Source: Octopus vulgaris (lineage: Eukaryota). Taken from it: a stretch of 64,000 bases of DNA. Location of the stretch: the NCBI GenBank assembly GCA_951406725.2, contig OX597816.1:52576001-52640000 (forward strand). The letters are read 5' to 3'. The notes below the pieces were generated by a model that worked only from the letters and a program-made list of their open reading frames with translations, did not search any database and had not been told where the DNA came from. Every line of letters starts with the position of its first letter. Within the stretch, counting starts at the first letter, position 1. A program made the position numbers and the translations under genes. Positions 39,689 through 53,669 of this stretch are shown here, piece after piece.

Positions 39689-40165
39689 GCTTCAAATTTT
39701 GGCACAAGGACAGCAATATTGGAGAAAGGAGTAAGTTGAAATCATTGACCTTAGTGCTTGACTAATTTTATCAAGCCAAAAAAAGGATGAAAAGCAAAAC
39801 TGACCATGGAAGAATTTGAACCCAGAACATAAAGACAGATGAAATGCTGCTAAGCTGTTTGTCCAGCATGCTGGACAAATTCTACCAGCTTGGCACCTTA
39901 CCAATGCACAATGCATAGAGCATTAAAAAAAACTGATGTAAAATGAAAATATGCAATGAGTATAAAAATATTATTGAGTGACTAATATCGTTTTCACATT
40001 TTTCTGATAAGTATGTGAAACTCTTCCAAGCACAATTAGTGAACAATAGCATCACAGACTACCAAAAAGTCTGTGAATGATTCACTGCATTTCTGATAAT
40101 GATAAAAGGTAGTGTCTTTTAAGATTTTCATACAAATGTTAATAACTTTTGCCAATATACATTAA

Positions 40166-40385
40166 CCCTTTCGTTACCAACCTGGCTGAAACCGGCTCTA
40201 GCTCTGAGTACAAATGTCTTGTTTTCATAAGTTTTGAATTAAAATCTTCCACCAAGCCTTAATCACAATTTATGTTCCTAACACTAGCTGAATGATAACT
40301 AAGTTATTTTACTAAATTCTTTGTTATATTTAAAGTAATTGAAAGAAACACAGAGCATCTCAAAATAAATACAGTAACGAAAGGG
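40166..40385 (+). mobile_element. piggyBac-type MITE, copy 3
   Basis: TTAA|CCCTTTCGTTAC ... GTAACGAAAGGG|TTAA; perfect 12-bp TIR. Confidence 0.88.
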
Positions 40386-41317
40386 TTAATGAAAAACTGT
40401 GCAACTTAACTGCTACATTGCCTTCCAAGCAAGTTTCTGTAGTGATGTAATTTGACAAAGTGGCTGCAATGAAATTGCTAACAATACTATATTTAGCTTC
40501 AATTTTTAAGTAAGCTATCTTTTAAATCTGACAAAAGTGCTTGCTCCAGCTTGCACGTTATGCCAGAATATAGCTCATGTACCCAATGTTTACTGATGTG
40601 ATACAAAGCAAATTTATTCATTCACCCACTTTAATAACAGACACTATACAAACCTATGAGGAAGCTTCTACATGGTCAAATGAACTGTTAGAAATGAGAG
40701 CCAATTTTCTTTCAAATAACATTCTATGGTCTTAGAAAAGAAGGCCACTGAATATATGATGTCTTAGACTTACTGTGTCTCTAAATGAAATGATAAGACA
40801 TTATAACTGGAATTCATTAGATCATAGGTCTGCTCCATTAGAGTTAAACAGCAACTATGGCAAACACTGTATAACCATTTACTTTATGACATTTTTCTGT
40901 AGCTTTGCTTTCATTGTAAACCCAGAAAAATTCATATTTAGTGTTAATTTTATTGTAGACATTAAGAGATATTGTATTTAGAAAACATTCCAGCACACAT
41001 TAGAGAAATTAATGTTTACCTTCATTTTCATAGCAAATCTTAAATGTGTTATGTTTAGAAAGTAATATAATAGCTTTCATTTCATTCAAAATATTATTTT
41101 ATAGCATTGATACAGGCATAGCTATGTGGTTAGGAGGTTTGTTTTGGAACCATATGATCTTTGCTTTGTTCAGGCTGCATAGTCGTTATTGGTTTGTGTC
41201 CTCTATGCAGGTTGACCAATACTTTGTGAATGAAAGTGGTAGGTGAGAACTAAAGAAGCCCAAGGCATGCATGCATGTATGTATGTATGTATGTTATGTA
41301 TGTACTTGTGGGGGGGG

Positions 41318-41452
41318 GAGAAAGAGAGAGAGAGAAAGAAAGAGAGAGCAAGAAAGAAAGAGAGAAAGAGGGAGACAGAGAAAGAGAGAGAGAAAGAAAG
41401 AGAGAGAGAGAAAGAGAGAGAGAGAAAGAGAGAGAGAGAAAGAAAGAGAGAG

Positions 41453-41495
<43 letters not shown>

Positions 41496-41698
41496 GAAAG
41501 AGAGAAAGAAAGAGAGAGAAAGAAAGAAAAAAAGAGAGGGAGAAAGAGAGAGAGAAAGAGAGAGAGAAAGAGAGAGAAAAAGAAAGAGAGAGAGAAAGAG
41601 AGAGAAAAAGAAAGAGAGAGAGAAAGAGAAAGAAAGAGAGAAATAAAGAGAGAAAGAAAGAAAGAAAGGAGAGAGAGAGAGAAAGAAAGAGACAGAGA
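41318..41698. repeat. ~380-bp GA/GAAA polypurine tract
   Basis: Direct reading; source of the spurious E/R/K ORFs. Confidence 0.95.
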
Positions 41699-43239
41699 GT
41701 TTGTATTTACTCTTGTTTTGATGTGCATTTGCTAATTGTAAATAAAATCCTCCCTGTTCATACAGATAATGCTGTTTGCTTGCAGTTCACTGCAAAAGGA
41801 TGTCTGAGCTTCTTGAATTGTCTTGACATGTGGTGCTCTTTGTAAACAAAGTCTCACCATTCATACAAACAGTGTCATTTGTTTGCAGTTCTCTGAATAA
41901 CCATGTGTTAATTGATCAGCAGAATGGGGTATTATTACCTTGCTCTGAACCAGGCAAGGGTTGGCATCAGGATGAGTGTCCAGCCATAGAAAACTGCCCC
42001 AATGTAGTCTCATCTGACCCATGCTGCCATTGAAAAGTAGACATTATTATGTTGTTGTTGTTATTGATGACAATGATGATGATGATGTTGATGATAGGCA
42101 CAAGGTCGTAAATTTTGGAGAAGCATTTTGTCAATTATATAGACATCAGTACTACATAGACTGATATGTTCTTTTGGTGAATCTGGAAGAAAGAAAGGTG
42201 AAGTCAAATTTCCTCACATCATTTGAAAAGAAAATGTAAAAACTTCTTTCAGTTTCCGTCTACCAAATCCACTCACAAGGCATTGGTCGGCCCGAGGCTA
42301 TAGTAGAAGACACTTGTCCAAGATGCCACGCAGTGGGACTGAACCCGGAACCATGTGGTTGGTAAGCAAGCTACTTACCACACAGCCACTCCTACACCTA
42401 TGATTGTTTGTTTTTAGAATGAAATTGTAGTTCAGGTGTGAGAGTCCAGATCTGACTGGTTTGAGCATAAAACAGGAAGGATATTTGCGCCAGATACAGT
42501 CAGTTTAAATGCTAAAGGGTTAAACTCATTGCTGAATTCATTGCTAACTTTCACCTTACTGACAACACTGCTATACATGGCTTGTTTGGCTTTCACAAGC
42601 CATTTATCTATCTAGACTTCTTCAGGAACCACTAGAATATGGAGCAAGTAATTCTGTTGCAGGCTTTCTCCAGGTTGACGAATACCAAATACAATGGCTA
42701 AGTATCTTTCGTCCAGTGCCTTATTAGAAAGAGGGCATCAGTAGTACTTCTCTCAAGCACAAAACCAAATTGTACCTCATCTATAACTCTCCCCATGGCT
42801 TTCATGACCTGGTTTAGCAATTTGATACCTCTGTCATTACTTCTATCTCAGACATTTCCTTTACCCTTGTAACAATTGACTATAATGCTGCTACAGCCAA
42901 TCATTGGTTTCATTCATTTTATGTCCATTTTCACATGTTAGCTGTGTGGCACAAATAATTATTGAGGAATCATTTTACAGCTGGATGTTCTTTCCAGTTT
43001 CTAAAAATTGGCCTTTTTACAAGTGAAAAAATTTTTTGTTATATTTTTTGCTCAATGACCTTATAGAAGGATGTGAAATGTAAATATTCAGACAGACCCA
43101 CACATGTGCACACACACACACATTCATCAACAGGGAATTTCCACAGAAACTGATATCAACAACTCTAACCTATGATGATGAAGCAAGTAGAAGCACAAAA
43201 TCAGTACAGACAGCCTTTAAATATCATATAGTATCTCCC

Positions 43240-43590
43240 AGACAGCCTGCTAAACAACAGCAGCAAAAATATATATCAACCTAGTGCTGAATAGTGAAAA
43301 CGACTACACTCTACAAGTTGGCAGTGAGCTCTTCAGGAAATACTCTCTTCCTGGTGATCTTTCTTACAGTGCTGAAATAATCAAAATAACATACTTCAAA
43401 GACAAACTGGATGGGAAACACTCAGTGTACCAAAATAAGAATACATACTTAAATTTTCAGGAAACAAGATGACATTAATATCAACATGAAGTGCAACCTT
43501 TCTTGGACTTAAAACTCCTACATCACACTTCAAAGCTTATGCATTTGGATTCCAAGCACAGGGGATGGCTGCAAAGTATCTAATGACAGA
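43240..43590 (+). mobile_element. Degraded R4-like LINE fragment
   Basis: Frameshifted SWT*NSYIT/SHFKAYAFGFQAQGMAAKYL at ~43501-43583 resembles the EG..FAIQEQ.I.TKY motif of R4-type elements. Confidence 0.35.
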
Positions 43591-43662
43591 GACAGTGAAG
43601 CTTTTGGAATCCCCAAAAAAAACAACCAAAAATGTTGATTATGTCTCTCATACATACACATA

Positions 43663-44058
43663 TACTCTTTTACTTGTTTTAGTCATTTGACTGCGGCCAT
43701 GCTGGAGCACCGCCTTTAATCGAACAACTCAACCCGGGACTTATTCTTTTGTAAGCCCAGTACTTATTCCTTCGGTCTCTTTTGCCGAACCGTTAAGTAA
43801 CGGGGACATAAACACACCAGCATCGGTTGTCAAGCAATGCTAGGGGGACAAACACAGACACACAAACACACACATATATATATACATATATACGACGGGC
43901 TTCTTTCAGTTTCCGTCTACCAAATCCACTCACAAGGCTTTGGTCGGCCCGAGGCTATAGTAGAAGACACTTGCCCAAGGTTCCACGCAGTGGGACTGAA
44001 CCCAGAACCATGTGGTTGGTAAACAAGCTACTTACCACACAGCCACTCCTGCGCCTAT
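43663..44058 (-). mobile_element. SINE family A (young, CpG-rich)
   Basis: Full-length with CpGs retained. Confidence 0.85.
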
Positions 44059-44974
44059 ATATATAAGTATATACACACATCAATATTATATATATATATC
44101 ATAATACATTATATAGTCACATGAATGTAGTTTGGGTGGTTTGGTAGGTGTGGTCATTCTGGATGCATAATTATGAGTGTGTAAGTGTATGATTTGTTCA
44201 TATACATCAGTTTTATCATCAACAAGAAAAAATAATAAACCAGTGCATTCAAACAAAAATACTCTATGATACTTGTTCCGTCCAAGTTGCACAGATGCTC
44301 CCTTCCCACTCTGACCATTATAAATTCAGCAAGCCAGTGAGTGCTTCATTAAAACCTATAATCAACAACACTATTATTCACAAAATATTATACAAATTTA
44401 GAAATAAATGATTAACAACATCCCTTTGAAGTTGATTTTGCATGGAAGTCTGCAATATGCTCTACTCTAATTACATCCTGCTGACAATGACTCATTAGAG
44501 ACATTTCAAGGAAATTATTTTTAAAATCTTCAATAAACAGCAGATAAGTTATCCCCAAGCAATGAATGTGGTATCTTTATCAAGTAATGCATTCAATTAC
44601 TGCTTGAATACTATGTGTGAAATAAGAAGACAAAATTATAAATAATGCTTTTATGGATATCTAAAATTGGAAAAGGAATGATATGTATATTAAGAGAAGG
44701 TGTTTTTGCAAATATATTTAATCCTAAAATTGGTTCAATACATATTTGCAACTTTATATGTATATGTGCAATGGTAGCTTCCAACCTATGGGCTGTGACC
44801 CAAACTGGGTTGTGATATACTTCTAAAAGTGTTGCATAGACATTTGCTTTCTACTTTTCAATGACAGTATTTGATAAATTGTATGATGACCATCAATATA
44901 TTATATAGTAAGTGATCAGACATAAGGACTACAACACAACATTTGAGGTAAACAATTTGCTAAAACTTATTATA

Positions 44975-45750
44975 TTTTGTTTTGGGATTTGGTTTGCAAG
45001 ATTCTTTAAATGAGTTTGTGTGTTGAAGCATATTCTGTTGTGTCTAGGGAGAGTCATTTTCTTTTTGTGCCTTATAATGTAACACACTCATTTTAGGAAA
45101 ATAAAAATAAAAAAATTAAAAATAAGAAAAAAGTGGAAATTTTACTAGTGAGTGTGTTATATTATAAGGCACAAAAAGAAAATGACTCTCTCCAGACACA
45201 ACAGAATTTTCTAAAAGGTTTAGAAAATAGTTTAATATCCAAATATCAAAAATATATAGAAAAGGATGCTTCTAATTGAGAAGTTTGCTTCAAAACCATG
45301 TGAGACCATGTTTATTCTCATAAGTGTGAGACCATATAGATATATTTTCTACTGATGCCTCCATGACAAGCATATGGAAGAGATCACTGGTCTAAAGAAA
45401 ACTGATTCCCTTACATCCATCTGAAAAGTATTATAATCACAAGCCTTCATTCTTTGATTAATAAACACATAAAAAACTTCAAAATTCTGGAAACTATTTC
45501 GTTTTTGGATTTGGTTTGCAAGATTCTTTATATGAGTTCATGTGTTGAAACATATTCTGTTGTGTCAGGGGAGAGTCATTTTCTTTTTGTGCCTTATAAT
45601 GTAACACACTCACCGGTAAAAATTTCCCTTTTTTTTCCTATTTTTAGTTTCCTAAAATTTTCGTTGCGTCTTGCAACCTTTTCAATAGTTTTGACTCTAA
45701 TTTCCAGTTTTCCAGATCTGATTTCTAGTTTTCCAGATATAATTTCTGGA
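44975..45750. repeat. Putative Penelope-like repeat fragments, including a ~59-bp inverted repeat (45032-45090 / 45149-45207); related to 34215-34420
   Basis: TTTGCAAGATTCTT...GTGTTGAAAC/GCA..TATT shared at 34225, 44994 and 45515; one internal inversion; hammerhead-like ends at ~34375-34415 and ~45652-45692. Confidence 0.45.
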
Positions 45751-47113
45751 AATTAGATCTTTGTTTAGAGATTGGTTATATTATAAAGTAGTCTACTGAT
45801 GAATTTAGTGTGGTTTGGGTATATTAGTGTTGTTTGAGGTACTCTACTGAAAATATAAAGGACTAGAATTTTACATCTGATTGCAAAAAAACAACAAAAA
45901 AAACAGATACGATACAAAGAATTGGTGAGAACAAAATCTTCAATGTGTCAATATATGCTTTTCACAAATCTGATGTAGGATGTGATGATGATGGTGATGG
46001 TTAAGATGTTGAGAATTAGTTATAGTAAAGGTTTGTTTAATCCAGGATTGGAAAAAAAAAAATCAATTGTAAAAAGCGTGATGGTGATAATAATGTTTTA
46101 TTTTCAGCAAACAAAAGTCGGAGAATAATAATGTGGGATATAATGGTGTAAAATAAAGAAGCCAAGAGAAAAAAAAGACAAACACAAATCCAGCAAAGAA
46201 TGGAAAGGTAATATAGGAAATCAATATTGTATAGGTTATTATTTCTCTTTCCTCTTGCAATGTGATTTTGTTCAGCTGTTGCAGTGTAGAATAGTAATTG
46301 TAATCCAAACATGATAACGTTGTTTAAACTTTGTGGCATACAAGTTTTTACCTGTGTCATATCTTGACAATCTAAGGAAGCTATAAGCAATATATTGGTT
46401 ATATATTTTTTATACTTCTTCTTATTATTATTATTATTCAGTAGTTTTATTTTTATTATCATCATCATTATTATAACCACTGTAACCACAACAAAATTAC
46501 CCATAATTTGCAAATATGTCCATTCTGTATATGCAAACCACATCAAGTCCTGGGCTTCAAAAATGCTTTACATGGAAATTAGTTCAAAATTCTATTTTCC
46601 AACGAAGAATTAATGTTAATACTAAATCTAAAATACTAATCAAATATCAAAGTAAATATATTTTCTTTATTTATATGCATTGTGAAAAACAAATTTTTTT
46701 ACCAACATGGGATAGTATCAGAGATTAATTATTTTGATTTCAGCGTAAATAACCCTGAGCTCAGAACCACACTTTACTTAGTATGTAAAAGAATTTCACT
46801 AAAAACTAATGTATTAAATTCTTTTCCTTTCAGAAAATATAAGAGTCAGCTAATGGACGGTAAACATAAATATAAGAAAAATAAACTGTTACACAATAAA
46901 TATATATAAATATATAGTATTGCAAGGGAAAATTTAGAAAAGAAAATACTTATTGGAAACACTTTGTTTTAATTTTTAGTCAGAACAGTAATGGTTATTT
47001 GCATTGATTTTCAGTTAAAAATTCTTTAAGAAAATATTGACACAATAGAAGAGACCTCAAAGAATTATAAACATACACACACATCAACATAAAGTATATG
47101 TATGTATGTCATA

Positions 47114-47163
<50 letters not shown>

Positions 47164-47220
47164 TATATACATACATACATAAGTATATATATATATATAT
47201 ACACACACACTTACGCACAC

Positions 47221-47265
<45 letters not shown>

Positions 47266-47837
47266 ACTTAAAGTACATCCATATATCAAGAGTTTTTAAC
47301 TCATACTCTGTGACCATAGAACAAAATAAAGAAAACGAAATAGTGTAGTGCTTCAGTTATTCAATAACTTAGGAAAAGAATCAATGATGAGAACTAATCA
47401 TATGAAAAGCAATTGTTTTTATTAGTGCCTTTTGAATCGAATGACTGGAAGGTATTTCTAATGTTATTACACACATTATACTCAGAAAGAATGACTTGTG
47501 TGGTCATTTGTTATCTTTATGGTTAGTTTTATTGACTAATTCCGCAGGGAACTGAACAATTTTTTTTTTGACTAAAGCATTTCTTCCCATTATCCATAAA
47601 TATACTTGGCACATTTCCTTCGATAACAAAGAATATGATTGTCACCAAAGCCAATCGAGTGGAACTATACATAGGATGTTGAATGAAAAAGAAACAAAGC
47701 AAGGAAAAAAAATTACCTATTGTAGATGAGAAAATTACATCTTTGGGAATAAAGCAAATTTTTACATGAATATTGGCAGCCATTTTTCAAGAGTTGGATA
47801 GTGTTAATATTGTTGTTAGACATAGTGACATGATGTA

Positions 47838-47863
47838 AATAATAATAATAATAATAATAATAA

Positions 47864-47894
<31 letters not shown>

Positions 47895-48033
47895 AAGAAG
47901 AAGAAGAAGAAGAAGAAGAAGAAGAAGAAGAAGAAGAAGAAGAAGAAGAAGAAGAAGAAGAAGAAGAAGAAGAAGAAGAAGAAGAAGAAGAAGAAGAAGA
48001 AGAAGAAAAAGAAGAACAACAGCAACAGCAACA
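47838..48033. repeat. Compound (AAT)n(AAG)~49(AAC/AGC) microsatellite
   Basis: Direct reading. Confidence 0.95.
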
Positions 48034-48491
48034 ATTTGAGAGGAATGAATGACTTTATAAGATGCTAGGAAGATTTTGATACAGTAACATTGGTTTCTAA
48101 TGAGGTGTTATGATATAAATGAGAAGTGTTTTGGTGTGGAAATAACAATGGGTATTTACTTTCAGGGTATTTTGGTGCGTTCTTAACAGACTGTAAAATA
48201 AATGTTCTAAAAAATTGTTGGACCAAATATTTTTCCCCACAAAGAAATCCACAATGTGAAAAACTCAAAGAAATAGCAACATTCAATTTATTTCCTTGGC
48301 AAAGAATTATACTGACACCAGTTACTTTATTTTCATAAAGTAAAAACAAAAACAAATGATATGTTATTAATTAGGTCTCTGACTGGGTGATCGGTCAGTT
48401 ACAAAAGCACAGATGAAGACATTGGAGAAATTATCCAAGTACAATGATTCAGAAATAATAATGTTCGGTTTGAAAACAAATAAAATATACC

Positions 48492-48722
48492 TATTTCTTT
48501 ATTACCCACAAGGGGCTAAACACAGAGGGGACAAACAAGGACAGACATAGGCATTAAGTCGATTACATCGACCCCAGTGCGTAACTGGTACTTAATTTAT
48601 CGACCCCGAAAGGATGAAAGGCAATAAATTAAGTACCAGTTACGCTCTGGGGTCGATGTAATCGACTTAATACCTATGTCTGTCCTTGTTTGTCCCCTCT
48701 GTGTTTAGCCCCTTGTGGGTAA
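48492..48722. mobile_element. Fold-back (inverted-duplicated) family B SINE
   Basis: 99-bp arms 48502-48600 and 48624-48722 with 2 mismatches; 17-bp direct repeat AACAAATAAAATATACC at 48475-48491 and 48721-48737. Confidence 0.85.
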
Positions 48723-49216
48723 CAAATAAAATATACCATTAGACAGAAGTATGCTGGAAACAATAAATAAGTCAAGCACAAAATATATAAGCAACATTTC
48801 AGGATTTGTAGAAATATCTCACAAAATATACTCTATTCAGATAGTTGATATTTCAAAAATTGTTGATGATGGAACAGAAATATTACACTCATACACAATG
48901 GTATACTAAAACAGAATTTCTCAAATTGTTGCTATCACCAACCTCATCATTGAATATTTATATTTGTTTTCCATACTGGTATGCAGTATATCCCATTCAT
49001 TTCAATCTTTTATCATTTAGATAACTTGTGTCCTGAAATAAAACTTCATTGCTTCTTCCTAGGTTTTTCCCTATTCCACATCTGCTATAATGCTTTCATT
49101 TGACTGATCTTAACCTTATGAATATATTTTTATAGTGTTTTATTTTCCAACTTTAAAATAATCTTAGTAGAGCATAGTTTCTAAATATTAGCAGAAATGT
49201 TATATATTCATTACTG

Positions 49217-49382
49217 ATAGGCATAGCAGTGGCTGTGTGGTAAGTAGCTTGCTTGCCAACCACATGGTTCTGGATTCAGTCCCACTGCGTGGCACATTGG
49301 GCAAGTGTCTTCTACAATAGCCTCGGGCTGATCAAAGCCTTCTGAGTGGATTTGGTAGTTGGAAACTGAAAGAAGCCCGTCG

Positions 49383-49419
<37 letters not shown>

Positions 49420-49660
49420 GTGTGTGTGTGTGTGCATGTGTGTATGTTTGTGTGTCTGTGTTTGTCCCTCAACATCACTTGACAACTGAAGCTAATGTGC
49501 TTACGTCATTGTAACTTAGCAGTTCAGCAAAAGAGACCGATAGAATAAGTACTAGGCTTACAAAGAATAAGTCCTGGGGTCGATTTACTCGACTAAAGGC
49601 GGTGCTCCAGCATGGCCACAGTCAAATGACTGAAACAAGTAAAAGAGTAAAGAGAGTAAA
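49217..49660 (+). mobile_element. SINE family A
   Basis: Full-length with internal (TG)n. Confidence 0.85.
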
Positions 49661-50373
49661 AAAAGAGAGGTTGTAATTTCAAATTTCAAAATAATCACCA
49701 AATAGAAAGACAAAAGAACCTCTAGTATAAGGAGAAAATATCTATTTTAAAAAGACTTCAATAATTTTAGTGTATTCTCTTAAACTACTTTTATCATATC
49801 TTCATACTAAAGCAACAAGTCTCTCCTGAATGCATTGACTTTTTTGACATCCAACTATACTCTCAACTCATTTGGGATTCACCTTTCATACTGGTTATTT
49901 ACTATACATCCAGTATCCCAAGCTCACCTCATTTATCTTCAGTCTGTACAAGACTCTACATGTTCGATGCCTATGCCTCACTATCATGCAACATCATGCT
50001 TCTTCCTCATGTTTCTGACAAGCAACCATACTTTCACTGCAGCACTAAATCACTTCCAAGCACTAATTAAATCAACAAAGTAACAGTGAAGGAGCCTCTA
50101 GATATGTTTTTCAACCTGCTAGAAATATCAGTCAAAATCTCATTCATATCACCAGCACGTTATCTTAAAACTTTAAACCAACACATTTTATAATGCAGGC
50201 ATAAATACACTATTCCTAAAAACAAAATACAGGATGGTCACTACTGAAATATCTTTGATCATCAATCTACTAAATCCAGGATGGTCTGAGGTTGAACAAC
50301 AATGTAAAACACCAACTATTTAGAATGAAACATATGAGAAAATGAGAGGATTTTTTTCATAGGTGTCTCCAAT

Positions 50374-50691
50374 TTATTATTTGTTTGTGTGCCCTTTTCA
50401 AGCCTAGCCAGGCTCATGGGCCTGGTTTCCTAGTTTCTGTGGTGTATGAGTTCCTCCCAGCTGGACAGGACGCCAGTCCATCACAGCATTACTCAAGAAT
50501 CAGGAAGAAAGAGTGAGAGAAGGTTGGGATGAAAGAGTACAACAGGGTCACCACCACCCCCTGCCGGAGCCTTGTGGAGCTTTTAGGTGTTTTTGCTCAA
50601 TAAGCACACACAACACCCAGTCTGGGAATCAAAACCACGATCCTCTGACCGTGAGTCCGCTGCCCTAACCACTAGGTCATTGCGCCTCCAT
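50374..50691 (-). mobile_element. SINE family D
   Basis: Full-length; 12-bp TSD GGTGTCTCCAAT (50362-50373, 50692-50703). Confidence 0.85.
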
Positions 50692-51794
50692 GGTGTCTCC
50701 AATAGTAACTACTTTTGTACATCTAGAATGTCTTAAGTCTTGATTCACTATGAATATGTCAAAAATCCTCCTGTGCATTCTTTGTATTGTGCTGAAAGAA
50801 AGTATTAAGATTCTAGGAGCAATATTCTTACAGACTAAGGCATTAAGCTGGCAGAATCATTAGCATACCAGACAAAATGCTTAGAGATATTCTGTCCATC
50901 TTCTTGTTCTGAGTTCAAATTTTGCTGAGGTCGACTTTGACTTTCATCCCTTCAGGGTTGATACAATAAGTACCAGTTGAATATTAGGGTCGATGTAACT
51001 AACTACAGTTTCCCTAAAATTGCTGAACTTGTGCCAAAATTTGAAACCAATATTCTTAAAGACTGAGAAAAAATTTTCTATATGGTATTAGTACTTTGTT
51101 GCTTTTCTGTTGCTAGCTAGTACTTCCATCTTTGATATTTCAACATTTCAAGCTTTGAATTTTAGTCTGTTTCTACAACTTTTCGACATATTTTGCAACA
51201 TAAATAAGAAAATCAGCAAAGTTACTAATTATTAAAGGAATTGATATAAGATTTAGTTTTGAAAGACACATCATGATATCCTTTAAGCAGGGAAAATTAA
51301 GAACATTAATATCATATTAGATACAGAAACAGAGATAAAAGCAAGAGAATTATACCAAACACAGATGCAAATATCTTAGAAATAGAGAACAACACACACA
51401 AATGAAAGAAATGTTTATGAAGGAATATTATAGATGTATTAGATTAATAATTAAAAAAGAGCTAAATGCGAAAAATAAAGTAATAGGCATCAGTACTCCA
51501 ACTGTTCTAATAATTAGTTACATTAATAATATTTTGAGCAGTAATTAAATTAGGAAGGATAGACAAAAAGAAAAGAAACGAATAACTACATTTAGAATGC
51601 ACTACCTAAAATTTGTACAAAAAGTAATTGTATATTTAGCATGAATGCATAGAAGCATAAGCCTAATTCCATTAGAAAACTATTATAAGTTATCCCCTGT
51701 TGGATAACAAGGTACCTTGTAAATTAAAGCAACTGAAAAACTAATGAAAGTAACACCCAAAAAAATGTAAAATTACTACATTCTCTGTCTTTAA

Positions 51795-52014
51795 TCCTTT
51801 TGTTACTGTATTTATTTTGAGATGCTCTGTGTTTCTTTTAATTACTTTAGATATAACAAAGAATTTAGTAAAATAACTTAGTTATCATTCAGCTAGTGTT
51901 AGGAACATAAATTGTGACTAAGGTTTGGTGGAAGATTTTAATTCAAAACTTATGAAAACAAGACATTTGTACTCAGAGCCAGAGTCGGTTTCAGCCGGGT
52001 TGGTAATGAAAGGG
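51795..52014 (-). mobile_element. piggyBac-type MITE, copy 4 (inverted)
   Basis: Reverse complement of copies 1-3, flanked by TTAA at 51791 and 52015. Confidence 0.85.
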
Positions 52015-52454
52015 TTAAGGAAACTGATGTATATGATGCAAGAAGGAAATACAGACAGTTGTGAGGATAACTAATAATAGAAATTGAGGTAGAGCTAAGA
52101 ACTATACCAAAAGTAGGGCTACAGAAAACTGAGCTTAAAACAATGGCAAGAAATTGGCCTATGGGGTCCAACGGTAAAAATCTGAGACAAAAAAAAAGGG
52201 ATTGAAATACACAAAGAAATGTTACACAAGGCTCAAAGATGAAGGAAGAATTCTTGATTGTGACAAGCAATCAGAACCTCCTCAACAGACACCACCAAAA
52301 CTGCATTTGATGAAGCAGAATACATTAAGTAACCATAGAATATGTAAAGTTGTTCAGAAGAAACAAGAAACTAGATTACCTCTGATTGCCTTATCTAAAC
52401 CAAGGGAGAACAACATCTACAGGCAAGATAGACCTGGAAATTATATGAACATCA

Positions 52455-52885
52455 TAGGCACTGGCATGGCTGTGGGGTAAGATGTTTGCTTCCCAACCGC
52501 TTGGTTCTGGGTTCAGTCTCACTACATAGCACTTTGGACAAGTGTCTTCTACTATAGCTTTGGGCTGACCAAAGACTTGTGAAAGAATTTAGTACTTGAA
52601 AACTGAGAGAACCTCGTCGTATATGTGTGTATGTGTGTGTGTGTGTTTGGGTGTGTCTGTCTATGTGTGCCTGTGTGTCTGTGTTTGTCTTCCCACCACT
52701 TGACAACAAGGCTTGGGGTGTTTATGTCCACCATAACCTTGCAGTTTGGCAAAAGGAACTGATAGAATAAGCACTAAACTTTAAAAAAAAAAAACATTAA
52801 GTACTGTGGTCACTTCATTTTGCAAGAATTCTTCAAGGTGGTGCCCCAGCATGGCACAGTCTGATCAAATAAAAGATAAAAGAAG
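52455..52885 (+). mobile_element. SINE family A (older subfamily)
   Basis: Diverged full-length match. Confidence 0.7.
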
Positions 52886-53269
52886 AGTTGAATGATCATG
52901 GAATACCAACAGAAAAGGTAAGATATGTGCATACACCAGAAAAAGTCTCAGAGAAGGAGAAAGAGGACCCTACACTGGAATATACAAATCTATACAAGAA
53001 ACAGATCAAGGGTTCCCAAACTAATGAAGTTAATAATTGTTCTTCAAGAAATTGCAGCTAAATTTTCCTTATCTTATGCACTACTGTTTTCAATAATGAC
53101 TTATTTGATAATATAGTTTGAGATTTACAAAATGGGAGGATTGTCATGGCTGGAATACCTTTGATCATAGGTCTTCTCAATCGCAGTCAACCTAATGTTA
53201 AATAACAACAAACAAACAAACAACAATAATCTTGTCTATTATGTCTGCCAAATGAATTTAATGTTGTAC

Positions 53270-53500
53270 AATGAGGGACATTCTATGTGGTCACTTAGCC
53301 TGCTAGAAGTAGCAACAGAATTTGTTTCAAATCACAACCTACTCACTAAAAGTGGGAGGACACATTAAATAATATTGTCTCAGACATATTACATCTGAAA
53401 ATAATAGTAAACCTTGGCTACAGCTGGAATACCCTTACTCTCAGGATTGCTTCATGAGGCTGACCTAGGGCTGAATAATAACAACAACAACTTCAACAAC
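53270..53500 (+). repeat. Old interspersed repeat with (AAC)n tail, probably a LINE 3' end (also ~40650-40855, 50090-50302, 53040-53225, 62755-62900)
   Basis: Recurrent CCTGCTAGAA...CAAATCAC...GATGGTCA..GCTGGAAT.CCTTTGATCATAGGTCTGCT...AAACAACAAC. Confidence 0.55.
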
Positions 53501-53621
53501 TATAATAACTTGTATATCAGTAATGTTCAATACTTAGCATATTTTTAAATTGACAACAAATTGAAGTAAACCACATTCAAATGTAAGATAAAATATGTGT
53601 GTGTGTATATATACACATGCA

Positions 53622-53669
<48 letters not shown>

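Noticed and set aside
41243-41845. 200-aa and overlapping E/R/K-rich ORFs
   Set aside because: They are translations of a GA microsatellite.
42400-42523. Lone piggyBac-like end (AATGCTAAAGGG|TTAA)
   Set aside because: No matching left terminus was found.
46037-46546. 169-aa minus-strand ORF and a donor-like ACAG|gtaaaa at ~46350
   Set aside because: The ORF is low-complexity and AT-rich with no domain. The donor after ATG ACA CAG is phase 0, which is incompatible with the next exon.
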